From Mustelus asterias (taxonomy: Eukaryota): 64,000 bases of DNA. Of the stretch, positions 21,755 through 33,865 are shown piece after piece; positions within the stretch are counted from its first letter, which is position 1; each line of letters opens with the position of its first letter. The stretch covers positions 682,001 to 746,000 of the forward strand of contig NW_027590142.1 of the NCBI RefSeq assembly GCF_964213995.1, written 5' to 3'. Made by a program: the position numbers and the translations under genes. The notes under the pieces were generated by a model. The model was not told the DNA's origin and searched no databases. It saw only the letters and a program-made list of their open reading frames with translations.

Positions 21755-23800
21755 CCAGACAGTGAACATTATCTCCCAGACCCGAATATAAAGTAGTGAA
21801 CATTCTCCCCACAGACCTGAATATAAAATAGCGAACATTATCCCCTCGACCCAATATAAAACAGTGAACATTATCCCCCCAGACCTGAATATAAAGCAGT
21901 GAACATTCTTCCCCCAGACCCGAATATAAAACAGCGAACATTATACCCCCCAGACCCAAATATAAAACAATGAACATTATCCCCCCAGACCCGAATATAA
22001 AACAGTGAACATTATTCCCCCGACCCAAATATAAAACAATGAACATTATCCCCCAGACCTGAATATAAAACAGTGAACATTATCCCCCCCCAGACCCGAA
22101 TATAAAACAGTAAACATTATCCCCCCTCAGACCCGAATATAAAACAATGAACATTATCCCCCCCAGACCCGAATATAAAACAGTGAACATTATCCCCCCA
22201 GACCCGAATATAAAACAGTGAACATTATCCCCCCAGACCCGAATATAAAACAGTGAACATTATCCCCTCCAGACACGAATATAAAACAGTGAACATTATC
22301 CCCCCAGACCAGAATATAAAACAGTGAACATTATCCCCCAGACCCGAATATAAAACAGTGAACATTATCCCCCCCAGACCCGAATATAAAACAGTGAACA
22401 TTATCCTCCAGACCGGAATATAAAACAGTGAACATTATCCCCCCCCCAGACCCGAATATAAAACAGTGAACATTAGCCGCCCCAGACCCGAATATAAAAC
22501 AGTGAACATTATCCCCCCCAGACCCGAATATAAAACAGTGAACATTATCCCCCAGACCCGAATATAAAAGAGTGAACATTATCCCCCCCCAGACCTGAAT
22601 ATAAAACAGTGAATATTATCCCCCCCAGACCCGAATATAAAACAGTGAACATTATCCCCCCCAGATCCGAATGTAAGAGTGAACATTGTCCCCCCCAGAC
22701 CCGAAGATAAAACAGTGAACATTATCCCCCCCAGACCTGAATATAAAACAGTGAATATTATCCCCCCCAGACCCGAATATAAAACAGTGAACATTATCCC
22801 CCCCAGATCCGAATGTAAGAGTGAACATTGTCCCCCCCAGACCCGAATATAAAACAGTGAACATTATCCCCCCCCAGACCTGAATATAAAACAGTGAATA
22901 TTATCCCCCCCAGACCCGAATATAAAACAGTGAACATTATCCCCCCCCAGACCTGAATATAAAACAGTGAATATTATCCCCCCCAGACCCGAATATAAAA
23001 CAGTGAACATTATCCCCCCAGACCCGAATATAAAACAGTGAACATTATCCCCCCAGACCCGAATATAAAACAGTGAACATTATCCCCTCCAGACCCGAAT
23101 ATAAAACAGTGAACATTATCCCCCCAGACCAGAATATAAAACAGTGAACATTATCCCCCAGACCCGAATATAAAACAGTGAACATTATCCCCCCCAGACC
23201 CGAATATAAAACAGTGAACATTATCCCCCAGACCCGAATATAAAACAGTGAACATTATCCCCCCCAGACCCGAATATAAAACAGTGAACATTATCCCCCA
23301 GACCGGAATATAAAACAGTGAACATTAACCCCCCCAGAACCGAATATAAAACAGTGAAGATTATCCCCCCCAGACCCGAATATAAAACAGTGAACATTAT
23401 CCCCCAGACCCGAATATAAAACAGTGAACATTATCCCTCAGACCCGAATATAAAACAGTGAACATTATCCCTCAGACCCGAATATAAAGCAGTGAACATT
23501 ATCCCCCCCCAGACCCGAATATAAAACAGTGAACATTATCCCCCCCAGACCCGAATATAAAACAGTGAACATTATCCCCCCAGACCCGAATATAAAACAG
23601 TGAACATTATTCCCCCCCAGACCCGAATATAAAACAGTGAACATTATCCCCCCAGACCCGAATATAAAACAGTGAACATTATTCCCCCCCAGACCCGAAT
23701 ATAAAACAGTGAACATTATCCCCCCCAGACCCGAATATAAAACAGTGAACATTATCCCCCCCCAGACCCGAATATAAAACAGTGAACATTATCCACTCCA
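21755..23800. repeat. Minisatellite, ~34-38-bp unit AGACCCGAATATAAAACAGTGAACATTAT(C)n, roughly 55-60 copies
   Basis: Head-to-tail units differing mainly in poly-C length; no unique spacers. Confidence 0.97.
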
Positions 23801-24300
23801 CACTTGAATACAAAATTGTCCTGATGGATTCAGACAACATTATCACAATATTCCAAATGTGTTTTTTCCAGGAATAGATTCAGCGGCTGCATCACTGGAG
23901 GCCAGAGATACTCTCATACTCGGCTCATGTGAGGAATCCCTCCAATGAGGCTCAGGAATGCTGCAACCAGAGTCACGTGACCACCAAGTGTGTAACTGAA
24001 CAAACTACCGCAACGTTGAAGATGTGTTTCAGTGTGAAATGATTTGCTTCACCTGTTGCTTCAGATGAGAGAGAAAATGTCCCTTTCTGGGGTAATTTGA
24101 CCTTGACCCAGGCACTTTTCAGATCTGAAAGTGATGGCCTTTAGCACAATCACAAGGCTGCACAATACAGAGGGAACACTAATCTGTTTCATTCTGTGAC
24201 TATGTCGTGGTTACACGAGTGATACTTTCCACTAATTAGCTGCCAGCACCAAAAAGGCATTCAGCCCCCCACACAAATGAGCAAGACTGGGTATGAATAT

Positions 24301-24570
24301 CTTTATTTGGTAGCAAATACCATTAGCTTTCGGAGCGCTGCTCCTTCATCAGATAGAGCTCTCAAACAGGGCACAGAGACACAAAATCAAGTCACAGAAT
24401 ACTGATAAGAATGCGAATCTCTACTGCTAACCAGGTCTTAAAGATACAAACAATGTGAGTGGAGGGAGCATTAAGCACAGGTTAAAGAGATGTGTATTGT
24501 CTCCAGACAGTAACCCCCACAGCTTGCCTCCTGGACTTGCAGAATCTCACTGGCTGTCCTGTCTGGAGAC
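24301..24570 (-). mobile_element. Penelope terminal-repeat fragment with inverted piece and hammerhead motif (24320-24356)
   Basis: Minus strand CTGATGAAGGAGCAGCGCTCCGAAAGCTAATGG; homologous to 19120-19340. Confidence 0.75.
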
Positions 24571-24834
24571 AATTGGAAATCTTAAGCAGTGGAACCTTTC
24601 AGACACTGAATTGTACAGTTTGCACCAAACATCAATTTCAGATTTCAGGAAAAGTTCATAAACTTATTATCAACAAGTTCCTGTTGAGAGTTCCTGAATT
24701 TAAAAAATCACAGATGGTGCTTTTAAAAAGGGACACAGCAGCCCTGAAAATCAGTGACATCTCAGAACATTAAACTTCAGCCAGTTGTAGCGATTGTTAA
24801 TGTCAGCAGAAACAAACCAAATATTGTCAGACTA

Positions 24835-25731
24835 TCAATCCTGGATGTGATTAACAGCTGCAGTAACTGCAAAGTCCAACTCCTGCTGACAATTGTGAAC
24901 TTGCAGATGTGTCAGCAAGTGGGATGACCGAGTGTATCCCTTCCCACACACAGAGCAGGTGAATGGCCTCTCCCCAGTGTGCGTGAGCTCATGGAAATGC
25001 AGGCTGCCAGACTGAGTGAATCCCTTCCCACACATGGAGCAAGTGAATGGTCTCTCCCCAGTGTGAGTGCGTTGATGAGCAGTGAGGATTGATAACTGCC
25101 TGAAACTCTTTCCACAGTATGTGCAAATAAATGGCTTCTCCTCAGTGTGAATTCGCTGATGTGACAGGAGGCCGGATGAATTGGTGAATTCCCTCCCACA
25201 CGTGGAACAGGTGAACAGCCTTTCCCCAGTGTGAACTCGCTTGTGTGTACTGAGGTTGGATGAAGACCTGAACCTCTTTCCACAGGAAGTGCAGCTGAAC
25301 GGTCTCTCCTCTGTGTGAACTCGCTGGTGTGACAGCAGGTTAGATGACAGAGTGAATCTCTTACCACACACAGAACAGGTGAATGGCTTCTCTCCTGTGT
25401 GAATTCGCTGGTGTGACCAAAGACCGGATGGCCCAGCAAAATCCTTCCCACACAAGGAGCAGGTGAACGATCTCTCCCCAGTATGAACTCGCTGATGTGC
25501 ACTGAGGTTGGATGAACATGAGAACCCCTTTCCACAGGTGGAGCAGCTGAACGGCCTCTCCTCAGTGTGAGTTCGCTGGTGTAACAGCAGGTGGGATGAG
25601 GTAGTGAATCCTTTCCCACACACAGAACAGATGAATGGCCTCTCTCCAGTGTGACTGTGTCTATGGTTTTCCAGCAAGTATGGATAATTGAATCCTTTAC
25701 CACAATCCTCACATTTCCACGGTTTGTCCAT
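24835..25731 (-). CDS. C2H2 zinc-finger protein ZNF-D, 10 fingers, 298 aa
   Basis: MDKPWKC start; in-frame TAA at 25768-25770; acceptor TTTTTGCAG at 26095; exon-1 donor CAG|GTGAGT at 27371. Confidence 0.88.
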   Translation of the reverse strand: MDKPWKCEDCGKGFNYPYLLENHRHSHTGERPFICSVCGKGFTTSSHLLLHQRTHTEERPFSCSTCGKGFSCSSNLSAHQRVHTGERSFTCSLCGKDFAGPSGLWSHQRIHTGEKPFTCSVCGKRFTLSSNLLSHQRVHTEERPFSCTSCGKRFRSSSNLSTHKRVHTGERLFTCSTCGREFTNSSGLLSHQRIHTEEKPFICTYCGKSFRQLSILTAHQRTHTGERPFTCSMCGKGFTQSGSLHFHELTHTGERPFTCSVCGKGYTRSSHLLTHLQVHNCQQELDFAVTAAVNHIQD

Positions 25732-26719
25732 GGTGCTGGTATCCTTCTGTCTCTCCAGGTTGGATGATTAGTTGAAGCCTCACCCACATACAGACCATGT
25801 GTATGGTTTCTCCCCACTGTGAATGGTGTAATGTCTTTCAGGATATGTAACTTGTTAAAGCTCTATCCACAGTCAGTTCACTGGAGCACTCTCACTTGGG
25901 TGTGTGTGTGTCTCCGTTCTTTTGCTGTCACATTGAATTTTGAAATTTTCTCCCACTGACAAAACAGGGAATGATTTCTCCCTCCACTGTCAAAAGCAAT
26001 CATATTCAGGCCAGAATGAATCGAATGGCTCTGTCAGACTTTGATCTGAAGTTTAGTTTGAGTTTCCTGTCTGTGAATCCTCCTCATCAAGTTCCCTGCA
26101 AAAAGAGTTTTAAAAAACTAATTCAGAACAGACAATTTCAGTTTCCACGAAACATTTCTCTATCTCATTTATCTTGAGCTGTAATCCCCATCCCACACAC
26201 TCTCTCTCTTGTCCCCGAGCTGAAATCAAACTCATTGCCCCATCTCCACTCTGAGCCCAGCTCCCTCTCCCTCCAGCTGGATTCAGTCCTCCAGACCATG
26301 TACAGATTGAGAGTACAGTCAAGGAGTCAATTATTTTCCTTCCAAGTCAGGGGACGTGCAGCCCCACTGACTCTGTTGTTACCACAATGGGCACATGTGC
26401 TCTGCCCACCAATGAAACACCACAGTGACCATTAACATGGGCCTGTTCCTAGGAAAGGCTTCATTTTATTTGTGCCACAACAGCAGCGGAATTACCTCCT
26501 GCACAGGCACAAAGGTATCATCAGTCACAGAAAATAATTGCAGCTGGTGTCTCAAACCTCATTTTACCATTTGCTCTCAGACATTCTCAATTCAATTTTG
26601 AAATGCAAACTGAAATCTGCAATTATGGGGTAAATTAAAACACATTTTAATGGTCATTTTCAGAATGACTATTCCTGAGAATTAATTCCCAAGTCAGTAA
26701 ATTAAAATTCTCATCAGCA

Positions 26720-27053
26720 ATGGAGGTGGCACAGTGGTTAGCACTGCTGCCTCACAGCTCCAGGGACCTGGGTTCGATTCCCAACTGGGGTTACTGTCCT
26801 TGTGTAGTCTGCCCGTTCTCCCCATGTCTGCGTGGGTTTTCTCCAGATGCTCCGGTTTCCTCCCATTGTCCAAAGAGATGCCAGTTGGGGGAATTGGCTA
26901 TGCTAAATTGCCCCTTAGGGTCCTGGGATGAGTAGGTTAGAGGGATTAGCAGGTTACATATGTGGGGTTACGGGAACAGGGCCTAGGTGGGATTGTTGCC
27001 AGTGCAGACTCGATGGGCCGAATCACCTCCTTCAGCACTGTCGGGATTCTATG
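26720..27053 (+). mobile_element. HE1-type V-SINE (diverged)
   Basis: A and B boxes, V-domain, CR1-like tail. Confidence 0.85.
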
Positions 27054-27289
27054 AAATACATTGGGAGAATTGCTATTTTAATGGGTATTTTCACAAGTGC
27101 TATAAAATGATTTTTCAAAACAAATTATTATTTTCTTCAACAGATCATTAATAAATAAAAAGTATTTAATAAAACAACCACCCAGTGTGGGGTTCTGGAT
27201 TCTAACTCAGGGTTTCTGAGCTCCAGGAACCACTAACTGAACCAACCGGGAATTGTCTCCGCAAAACTTCCCCAACTCCCTCCCGGGAA

Positions 27290-27960
27290 AAAGCTGCAAA
27301 CCCGGGAGCTGCAGCTTTTTACTGGGGGTGTTGGGGCCTCCAGCGGGTGTTTGTGAATCCTCCCCACTCACCTGGGCCTGTTCCCGGGAGGGAGGGAGAA
27401 GCCCCGCAGCTGCAAACCAGGGAGCTGACAATGATTCTGAAGGGTTTGCGGATCCACAAAGTGTTTCCAAATCCTCCCAGCCACCGCCTAACGCTGACTC
27501 CGCTTCTCCGGGACAAACAAGCGCCAAGGACAGCAATGACACTGCGCATGCTCCACATCACAATGACCGAGGGACTGATTGACGGCAGCTCCGGACCAAT
27601 AGGAAGAGGGGGCGGAGCTGGAGGACCGAGCGGGAGCGGCGGGTCCTCCAACCAATCGGAGTGAATGAGGGGCGCGACCTGAAGCATGCGCAGTGCGGGT
27701 AATGGCGACGGACGGCCGGTTTTAGTTTGGAAGCGAGATCAATACGAGGTAGAGGGCGGCGCGCGGGGAATGATAAATGTGGCGGGTGGGTGGAGAGACT
27801 TTGTAAACATGTTGTTCAAACCCAAACCCCGGAAATGAACTTCCCGGTCCCCCCCTTTGTACCCAATGGAGCGGCAGCTTGTAGTGTTAGACCCGGGCTG
27901 ACTGCCGCCATTGAGGCTGCAGGTGGGAGGCCGGCAGGGATTGTGATCGGAGAGTGAAGC
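27290..27960 (-). promoter_or_regulatory. CpG-island promoter and first exon of ZNF-D
   Basis: Inverted paralog of 8360-9050; two NRF1-like, two CCAAT and GC-box motifs. Confidence 0.78.
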
Positions 27961-27962
27961 CC

Positions 27963-28072
27963 TGACGTCACAATGGAATGGGTGAGAGTGTGACGTCACA
28001 ATGGAATGGGTGAGGGTGTGTCGTCACAATGGAATGGGTGAGGGTGTGACGTCACAATGGAATGGGTGAGAG
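27963..28072. repeat. 28-bp CRE/TEAD-motif tandem repeat, 4 units
   Basis: TGACGTCACAATGGAATGGGTGAGRGTG at 27963, 27991, 28019 (variant) and 28047. Confidence 0.9.
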
Positions 28073-28125
28073 TTCCAGATGAGCTGAGACTGGGCTGGAG
28101 TCGGGCGATGGCACTGACATGTGGC

Positions 28126-28430
28126 CCGGTGGCACAGTGGTTAGTGCAGCTGCCTAACAGCGCCAGGAACCCGGGTTCAATTCCAGCCTCGGGTCGCTGT
28201 CTGTGCAGAGTTTCTACATTCTACCCGTGTCTGTGTGGGTTTCCTCCGGGTGTTCCGGTTTCCTTCCACAGTCCAAAGATGTGCCGGTTAGACGGATTGG
28301 CCATGATAAATTGCCACTTGGTATCAGGGGGTTAACAGGTAAATATGTGGATAGGGCCTGGATGGGATTGTTGTCGGTGCAGGCTCGATGGGCTGAATGG
28401 CCTCCTTCTACGCTGTATTTTATTATTCAT
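28126..28430 (+). mobile_element. HE1-type V-SINE (older)
   Basis: tRNA-like head and V-domain; paralog at ~42260-42570. Confidence 0.82.
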
Positions 28431-28847
28431 TATCATTAATTAATTACTATTAATGCTTCTATGAATGAAGGTGGTCTTGATGATGATGTGGACATGTGGC
28501 TGGAAGCTCATCTTGGGATGAACTATTTCACCCTGGTTATGAACAGCCTGGTCCAGCCTCAGACAGTTGCCAGGAGGAGAGATAAAGTTGTTGGTGAGGG
28601 AGTGGAGTTCATAGTGGGGACTGAACACAATGGGTTCAGTCTTCCCAGTATTTATATGAAATAAATTTCTGTTCTTTCAGTACTGGATGTCAGACAAGTC
28701 AGGATGGTGTGTGAGTTGGAGAGGAACTTGGAGCTGATGGTGTTCACAGGGTTTGGAAATTCTGTCAAAGTTCCTGTTGAGTTGTCGATGCATAAAATCT
28801 CTCTCCTCACCTCCGGCCTCTCCTACTTCTCTCTGTTTCCACTCAGG

Positions 28848-29239
28848 GTGTGGAGATGCCGGCGTTAGACTGGGGTAAGCATAGTAAGAAGTCTCACAAC
28901 ACCAGGTTAAAATCCAACAGGTTAATTTGGTAGCATAAGCCACAGGCTTTTGGAGTGCTGCCCCTTCATCAGATGAGTGTGAGTTCTGTTCACAAACAGG
29001 GCATATAAAGACACAAACTCAATTTACAAGGTAATGGTTGGAATGCGAGTCTTTACAGGGAATCAAGTCTTAAAGGTACAAACAATGTGAGTGGAGAGAG
29101 GGTTAAGCACAGGTTAAAGAGATGTGTATTGTCTCCAGCCAGGACAGTTGGTGAGATTTTGCAAGCCCAGGCATGTCGTGGGGATTACAGATAGTGTGAC
29201 ATGAACCCAAGATCCCGGTTGAGGCCGTCCTCATGTGTG
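28848..29239 (-). mobile_element. Penelope terminal repeat and ORF end with decayed hammerhead
   Basis: TGTGGAGATGCCGGCGTT...CCCGGTTGAGGCCGTCCTCATGTG; abuts a broken copy of the 66-nt ZNF micro-exon at 29240-29272. Confidence 0.8.
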
Positions 29240-29365
29240 ATTGACAGATCCATGCTCACTGCTTCCTGCCCTGGACGCAGTGAGCTGAAAATTTCCATGC
29301 AGGCTGCCAGACAGATAGATGTCCACATTACTGGAGTAAAAATGTGTGGAATATACAGACCGAAT

Positions 29366-30040
29366 TCACTTCATTCCCTTCAGTTGCTGCAAGTCCCCAA
29401 TTTCCCCCAGAATGAGAAAAGAAATGGAAAGGGGGAAACATTGATTTCCTCCCAGATGTTGCCCAGAGGAGGAAGATTCACTCTGAAGCTCATTGGCCAA
29501 CTTCTGCATTGTGACGTCACAATGGAGCCCTGCCTGAATCAGCCAATAGGAGTCACTCTGCTCCGCGGTGATGTCTCCGGGTTCCAGTGCGCAGGCCCGG
29601 GCGCGCGGACCCGGGAGCCCCGCCCCCATCCATTGTTCCCCATCCCCTTACACCTCCTTGAGTCAAGGTTTCCAGGCAACCGGCTGGCGGCTCCGGCCAG
29701 AACGAGAAGCCGCTCGGTGAGCTCCCCCTCCCCCTGGCCCGGGACTGCGCATGTGCGGGGGAGAGGGAAAGCTGCGCATGTGCGGGGGAGAACCCACCCT
29801 CTGATCTTCATGCTGAGGTGTTGACCAATGGGAATAGTTGGAGGACCGGAAGGATTCTGGTCTTCCGGCCAATCTGAGCGCAGGCTTTGTGTGAATGAAG
29901 ATTGATCTTCAGACTGACTGAAACTTCCTCCTGTCACTAATATCTGTGAGTAAAACACTTTCTTTTCTCCCCCTTTCCATTTCTTTTCTCATTCTGGGGG
30001 AAATTGGGGACTTGCAGCAACTGAAGGGAAAGGAATTGAA
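29366..30040. promoter_or_regulatory. CpG island flanked by ~70-bp inverted repeats; probable bidirectional ZNF promoter
   Basis: Arms at ~29375-29455 and ~29965-30030; 18-bp palindrome CATTGTGACGTCACAATG (29507-29524); two TGCGCATGTGCG motifs; CCAAT boxes; donor GTGAGT at 29946. Confidence 0.7.
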
Positions 30041-30089
30041 TCCAGGGAGGGTGCAGACTCTGGAAAGGTTGGCCCAGGTCTCTCTCTCT

Positions 30090-31300
30090 CTCTTAAACCA
30101 GAAAATGATCCATTTCTGCCCATTGTTTGCTGTTAGCCAATCTTCTATCCACGCCAATATGTTCCCCCCGCAGCATGAATTTTTATTTGCTGCAATAACC
30201 TTTGATGTGGCACCTCATCAAATGTCTTCTGGAAATCTGAGTACAGCGCATCCACCGGTTTCCCTTTATCCAATTCCCGATGGGGAATTTTAGAAAATTG
30301 AACAACACATCAACTATCTCACTCTGTTAAGACCCGAGAATGAAGCCCAGCAGGACCCGAGGACTCATCAGCCCACAGCTCCAACAGTTTGCTGAGGACC
30401 ACTTCCCTGGGAATTGTGCTTTTTCAGAGTTCATCCCACACTTCTGTTTTCTGATTTCCAGCTGTTTCTGAGTTTTAACTGTATCCTCTATTGTGAACAC
30501 CGAGGCAAAATACTTGTTCAATTCATCTCCCAGCTCCTTATTTTTCATTATCAATTCCTGGACTCACTTTCTATTAGACAGTTAAGAAATGAGGTGGAGC
30601 AAGTGACTGAAGTGTCAGTCGGGGAGCACTATTGGGAGCACCAATAGTTTCAAAATAGTTCTGGAAAAAGATAGGACAGGTCCACAGGTCAAGGCCCTAA
30701 ACTGGAGCAGGGCCACTTTTGTGGGCATTAGGCAGGATCGAGCAGATGTTGATTAGGTGAGTTTGTTTGAAGGGAAAGGAATGACTGGCAAATGGGAGGT
30801 TTTAAAAGTGTGATGGCAAGAGTCCAGGGGCAGTATATTCCTGTTAAGATGAAGAGAAAGAATGGTAAATTTAGGGATCTCTGGCAGACAAGGGACATTG
30901 AGGCTCTGGTCAGGTAAAAGAAGGAAGCATACATTGGGTTTAGGCAATCGGGGACAAGTGAATCACTCTGACTATAAAAAGTGTAAGAAAATACTGAAGA
31001 GGGAAATCAGGAGGACAAAAAGAGGGTATGATATGGATCTGGCAGGTAAGATTAAAGAAAATTCCAAGAGGTTCTATCACGATATTAAGAGTAAAAGGGT
31101 GGCTAGAGAGAGAATAGATCCCCTTAAAAATCAGTATGGCCATCTGTGTGTGGAGCCACAGGAGATGGGTGAGATTTTTAATGAATACTTCTCCTCTGTG
31201 TTTACTGCGGAGAGCACCATGAGTGCTAAAGAAATAAGGGAAACAAGTGGTGATGTCTTGGGCACACGCATGTTACTTGGGAGGAGGCATCTGCAGCCTT
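30090..31300. mobile_element. Two CR1 fragments, inverted duplicate of 5735-6930
   Basis: Near-identical translations (KKILKREIRRTKRGYDMDLAGKIKENSKRFY). Confidence 0.85.
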
Positions 31301-31623
31301 ATAAAAGGAAATTACTGCGGATGCTGGAATCTGAAACCAAGAGAGAAAATGCTGGAAAATCTCAGCAGGTCTGGCAGCATCTGTAAGGAGAGAAAAGAGC
31401 TGATGTTTCTTGTCTAGATGACCCTTTGTCAATGCTCTGGAACATCAGTTCTTTTCTCTCCATACAGATGCTGCCAGACCTGCTGAGAATGGGGAGAGAG
31501 TGTGTGGGGTGGAGATTTACAGCTTTTGGGGAATGAGAGAGGAAAGAATGTTCCATAGAAATTGTCTGTTCTGAATTTCTATCCTGTACTGACACTGATG
31601 ACTTTTGTAAACTCATTTTACAG

Positions 31624-32022
31624 GATATTGAAAGAGAAACCACAGGCCGAAATCTCAAACGTCACGTCTCGATCAGACAGAGTCATATTCCTTGGGACCT
31701 CAATATCATCGGACTTTGAATCCAGAAGGAGAAGTGATTGTCCAGTCTGTCAATTTGAAAAGATTTGAAATGTCAGTGTGAGTGAAAAAGCATCAATACA
31801 CTGCCACACTTGAGTGAGAGTGTTCCAATGCACTGACGAAAGAGCTTTAACCAGTTACACAGTCTGAATAAATATCACACCATTCACAGCGGGGAGAGAC
31901 TGTAATCTTGTTCTGTGTGTGGACGAAGTTTCAACTAATTGTCCACCCAAGAGAGAGGTAAGGACACCTGCACCATGGAGAAACCATGGAAACGTGTGGA
32001 CTGTAGGAAGAGATACAGATAC
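31624..32022 (+). pseudogene. Truncated ZNF terminal exon (leader plus half of finger 1)
   Basis: Acceptor at 31623, ATG at 31975, MEKPWKRVDCRKRYRYP (C>R), then an abrupt junction to the ZNF-E promoter. Confidence 0.8.
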
Positions 32023-32024
32023 CC

Positions 32025-32262
32025 GGTTGTGAACGTGCCCTCGTCATTCTACAGGAGCCTATTGCGCAGGCGCAGTGCTGTATCTGGAGCATCCGCAGTG
32101 TCACTTTGCTCGGAGTCCTGTGAATGGGGGAGACGCCTTTTTCAGCGGGTGAGTTGGTGGGGCTGCGGGAGAAATGTAGCCGGGAGTCGGGGTAGGGAGG
32201 GAGCTCTGGCTTCACAAACACCCGCTGTCGGCCGCACGGCCCGAATACACCCTGCAGGTCCA
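32025..32262 (+). promoter_or_regulatory. Promoter and first exon of ZNF-E
   Basis: TGCGCAGGCGCA motif; donor GG|GTGAGT at 32149; inverted paralog of 20575-20815. Confidence 0.62.
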
Positions 32263-32339
32263 GACATCTCTTCTCTCAGAGGATTTCTCTTCCACAGGGA
32301 CCAGTGGAAGCTCAGGATCATTGAATATATTCCAGTTCG

Positions 32340-32660
32340 ACAGATCTTTGACTGACAAGGGTGTCAAGGATTATGGGGAACAGACAAGAAGATGGAGCAA
32401 AAGCTAAGATGTGGGGGGATTTCTTCACTCAAGGATGTGGTAAATCTTTGGAATTCTCAATCCCTGAGGACCGTGAAACCTCAGTCATCAACTATTTTCA
32501 AGAGAGAGATTGATTGGTTTCTAGATATTGAAGATATCAAGGGATATGGGTTTAGTGTGGGGAGAATGATGCTGAGGTAGATGAACGAATTATCTCATTG
32601 AATAGTTTAAAAGACTCGATGGGCCAAATGGCCGACTGCAGCTCCTATTTGTTCTGGTCT
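32340..32660 (+). mobile_element. Old CR1 3' end
   Basis: VVNLWNSQ...IFKREIDWFLD; paralog at ~46180-46375. Confidence 0.7.
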
Positions 32661-32843
32661 CTGTGTCCAGGACAGGAAGCAGTGAGCATGGATCTGTCAA
32701 TCAGCCTCAATCAGCACCTTCAGGAGAATTGGGAGGGTGAATATTAGATACAGCAGAGTGAGAATGGAGGGAGAGTGTGTGGGATGGAGATTTACAGCTT
32801 TTGGGGACTGAAATAGGAAAGAATGTTCCATAGAAACTAGAAC

Positions 32844-33865
32844 CATAGAAAATTACAGCTCAGAAACAGGCCTTTTGGCCCTTCTTGTCTGTGCCGAATC
32901 ATTTTATGCCTCGTCCCACTGACCTGCACTTGGACCATATCCCTCCACACCCCTCTCCATGAACCCGTCCAAGTTTTTCTTAAATGTTAAAAGCATTTAA
33001 CTATTTTATTTGGCAGCTCATTCCACACTCCCACCACTCTCTGCGTGAAGAAGCCCCCCCTAATATTCCCTTTAAACTTTTCTCCTTTCACTCTTAACCC
33101 ATGCCCTCTGGTTTTTTTCTCCCCGAGCCTCAGCGGAAAAAGCCTGCTTGCATTCACTCTATCTATACCCATCAAAATCTTATACACCTCTATCAAATCT
33201 CCCCTCAATCTTCTACGCTCCAGGGAATAAAGTCGCAACCTATTCAATCTCTCTCTGTAACTCAGCTTCTCAAGTCCCAGCAACATCCTTGTGAACCTTC
33301 TCTGCACTCTTTCAACCTTATTAACATCCTTCCTGTAACTAGGTGAGCAAAACTGTACACAATACTCCAGATTCGGCCTCACCAATGCCTTATATAACCT
33401 TACCATAACGCTCCAACTTTTATACTCGATACTCCGATTTATGAAGGCCAATGTACCAAAGACACTCTTTACGACCCTATCCACCTGTGACATCACTTTT
33501 AGGGAATTCTGTACCTGTATTCCCAGATCCCTCTGTTCAACTGCACTCTTCAGAGTCCTACCATTTACCCTGTACGTTCTTCTTTGGTTTGTCCTTCCAA
33601 AGTGCAATATCTCACACTTGTCTGCATTAAATTCCATTTGCCATTTTTCAGCCCATTTTTCTAGTTGGTCCAAATCCCTCTGCAAGCTTTGAAAACCTTC
33701 CTTACTGTCCACTACACCTCCAATCTTTGTATCATCAGCAAACTTGCTGATCCAATTGACCACATTATCATCCAGATCATTGATATAGATGACAAACAAC
33801 AATGGACCCAACACCGATCCCTGCGGCACACCACTAGTCACAGGCCTCCACTCAGAGAAGCAATC
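32844..33865 (-). mobile_element. Young 5'-truncated CR1, antisense in the ZNF-E intron
   Basis: 284-aa open RT C-terminal frame; 7-bp TSD CTAGAAC (32837-32843 and 33866-33872); site empty in ZNF-C and ZNF-H. Confidence 0.93.

Noticed and set aside
21755-23800. CRISPR array or repeat-protein gene (MFTVLYSGLGG ORFs)
   Set aside because: No unique spacers, no cas genes, eukaryotic context; the ORFs frameshift with every C-run change.
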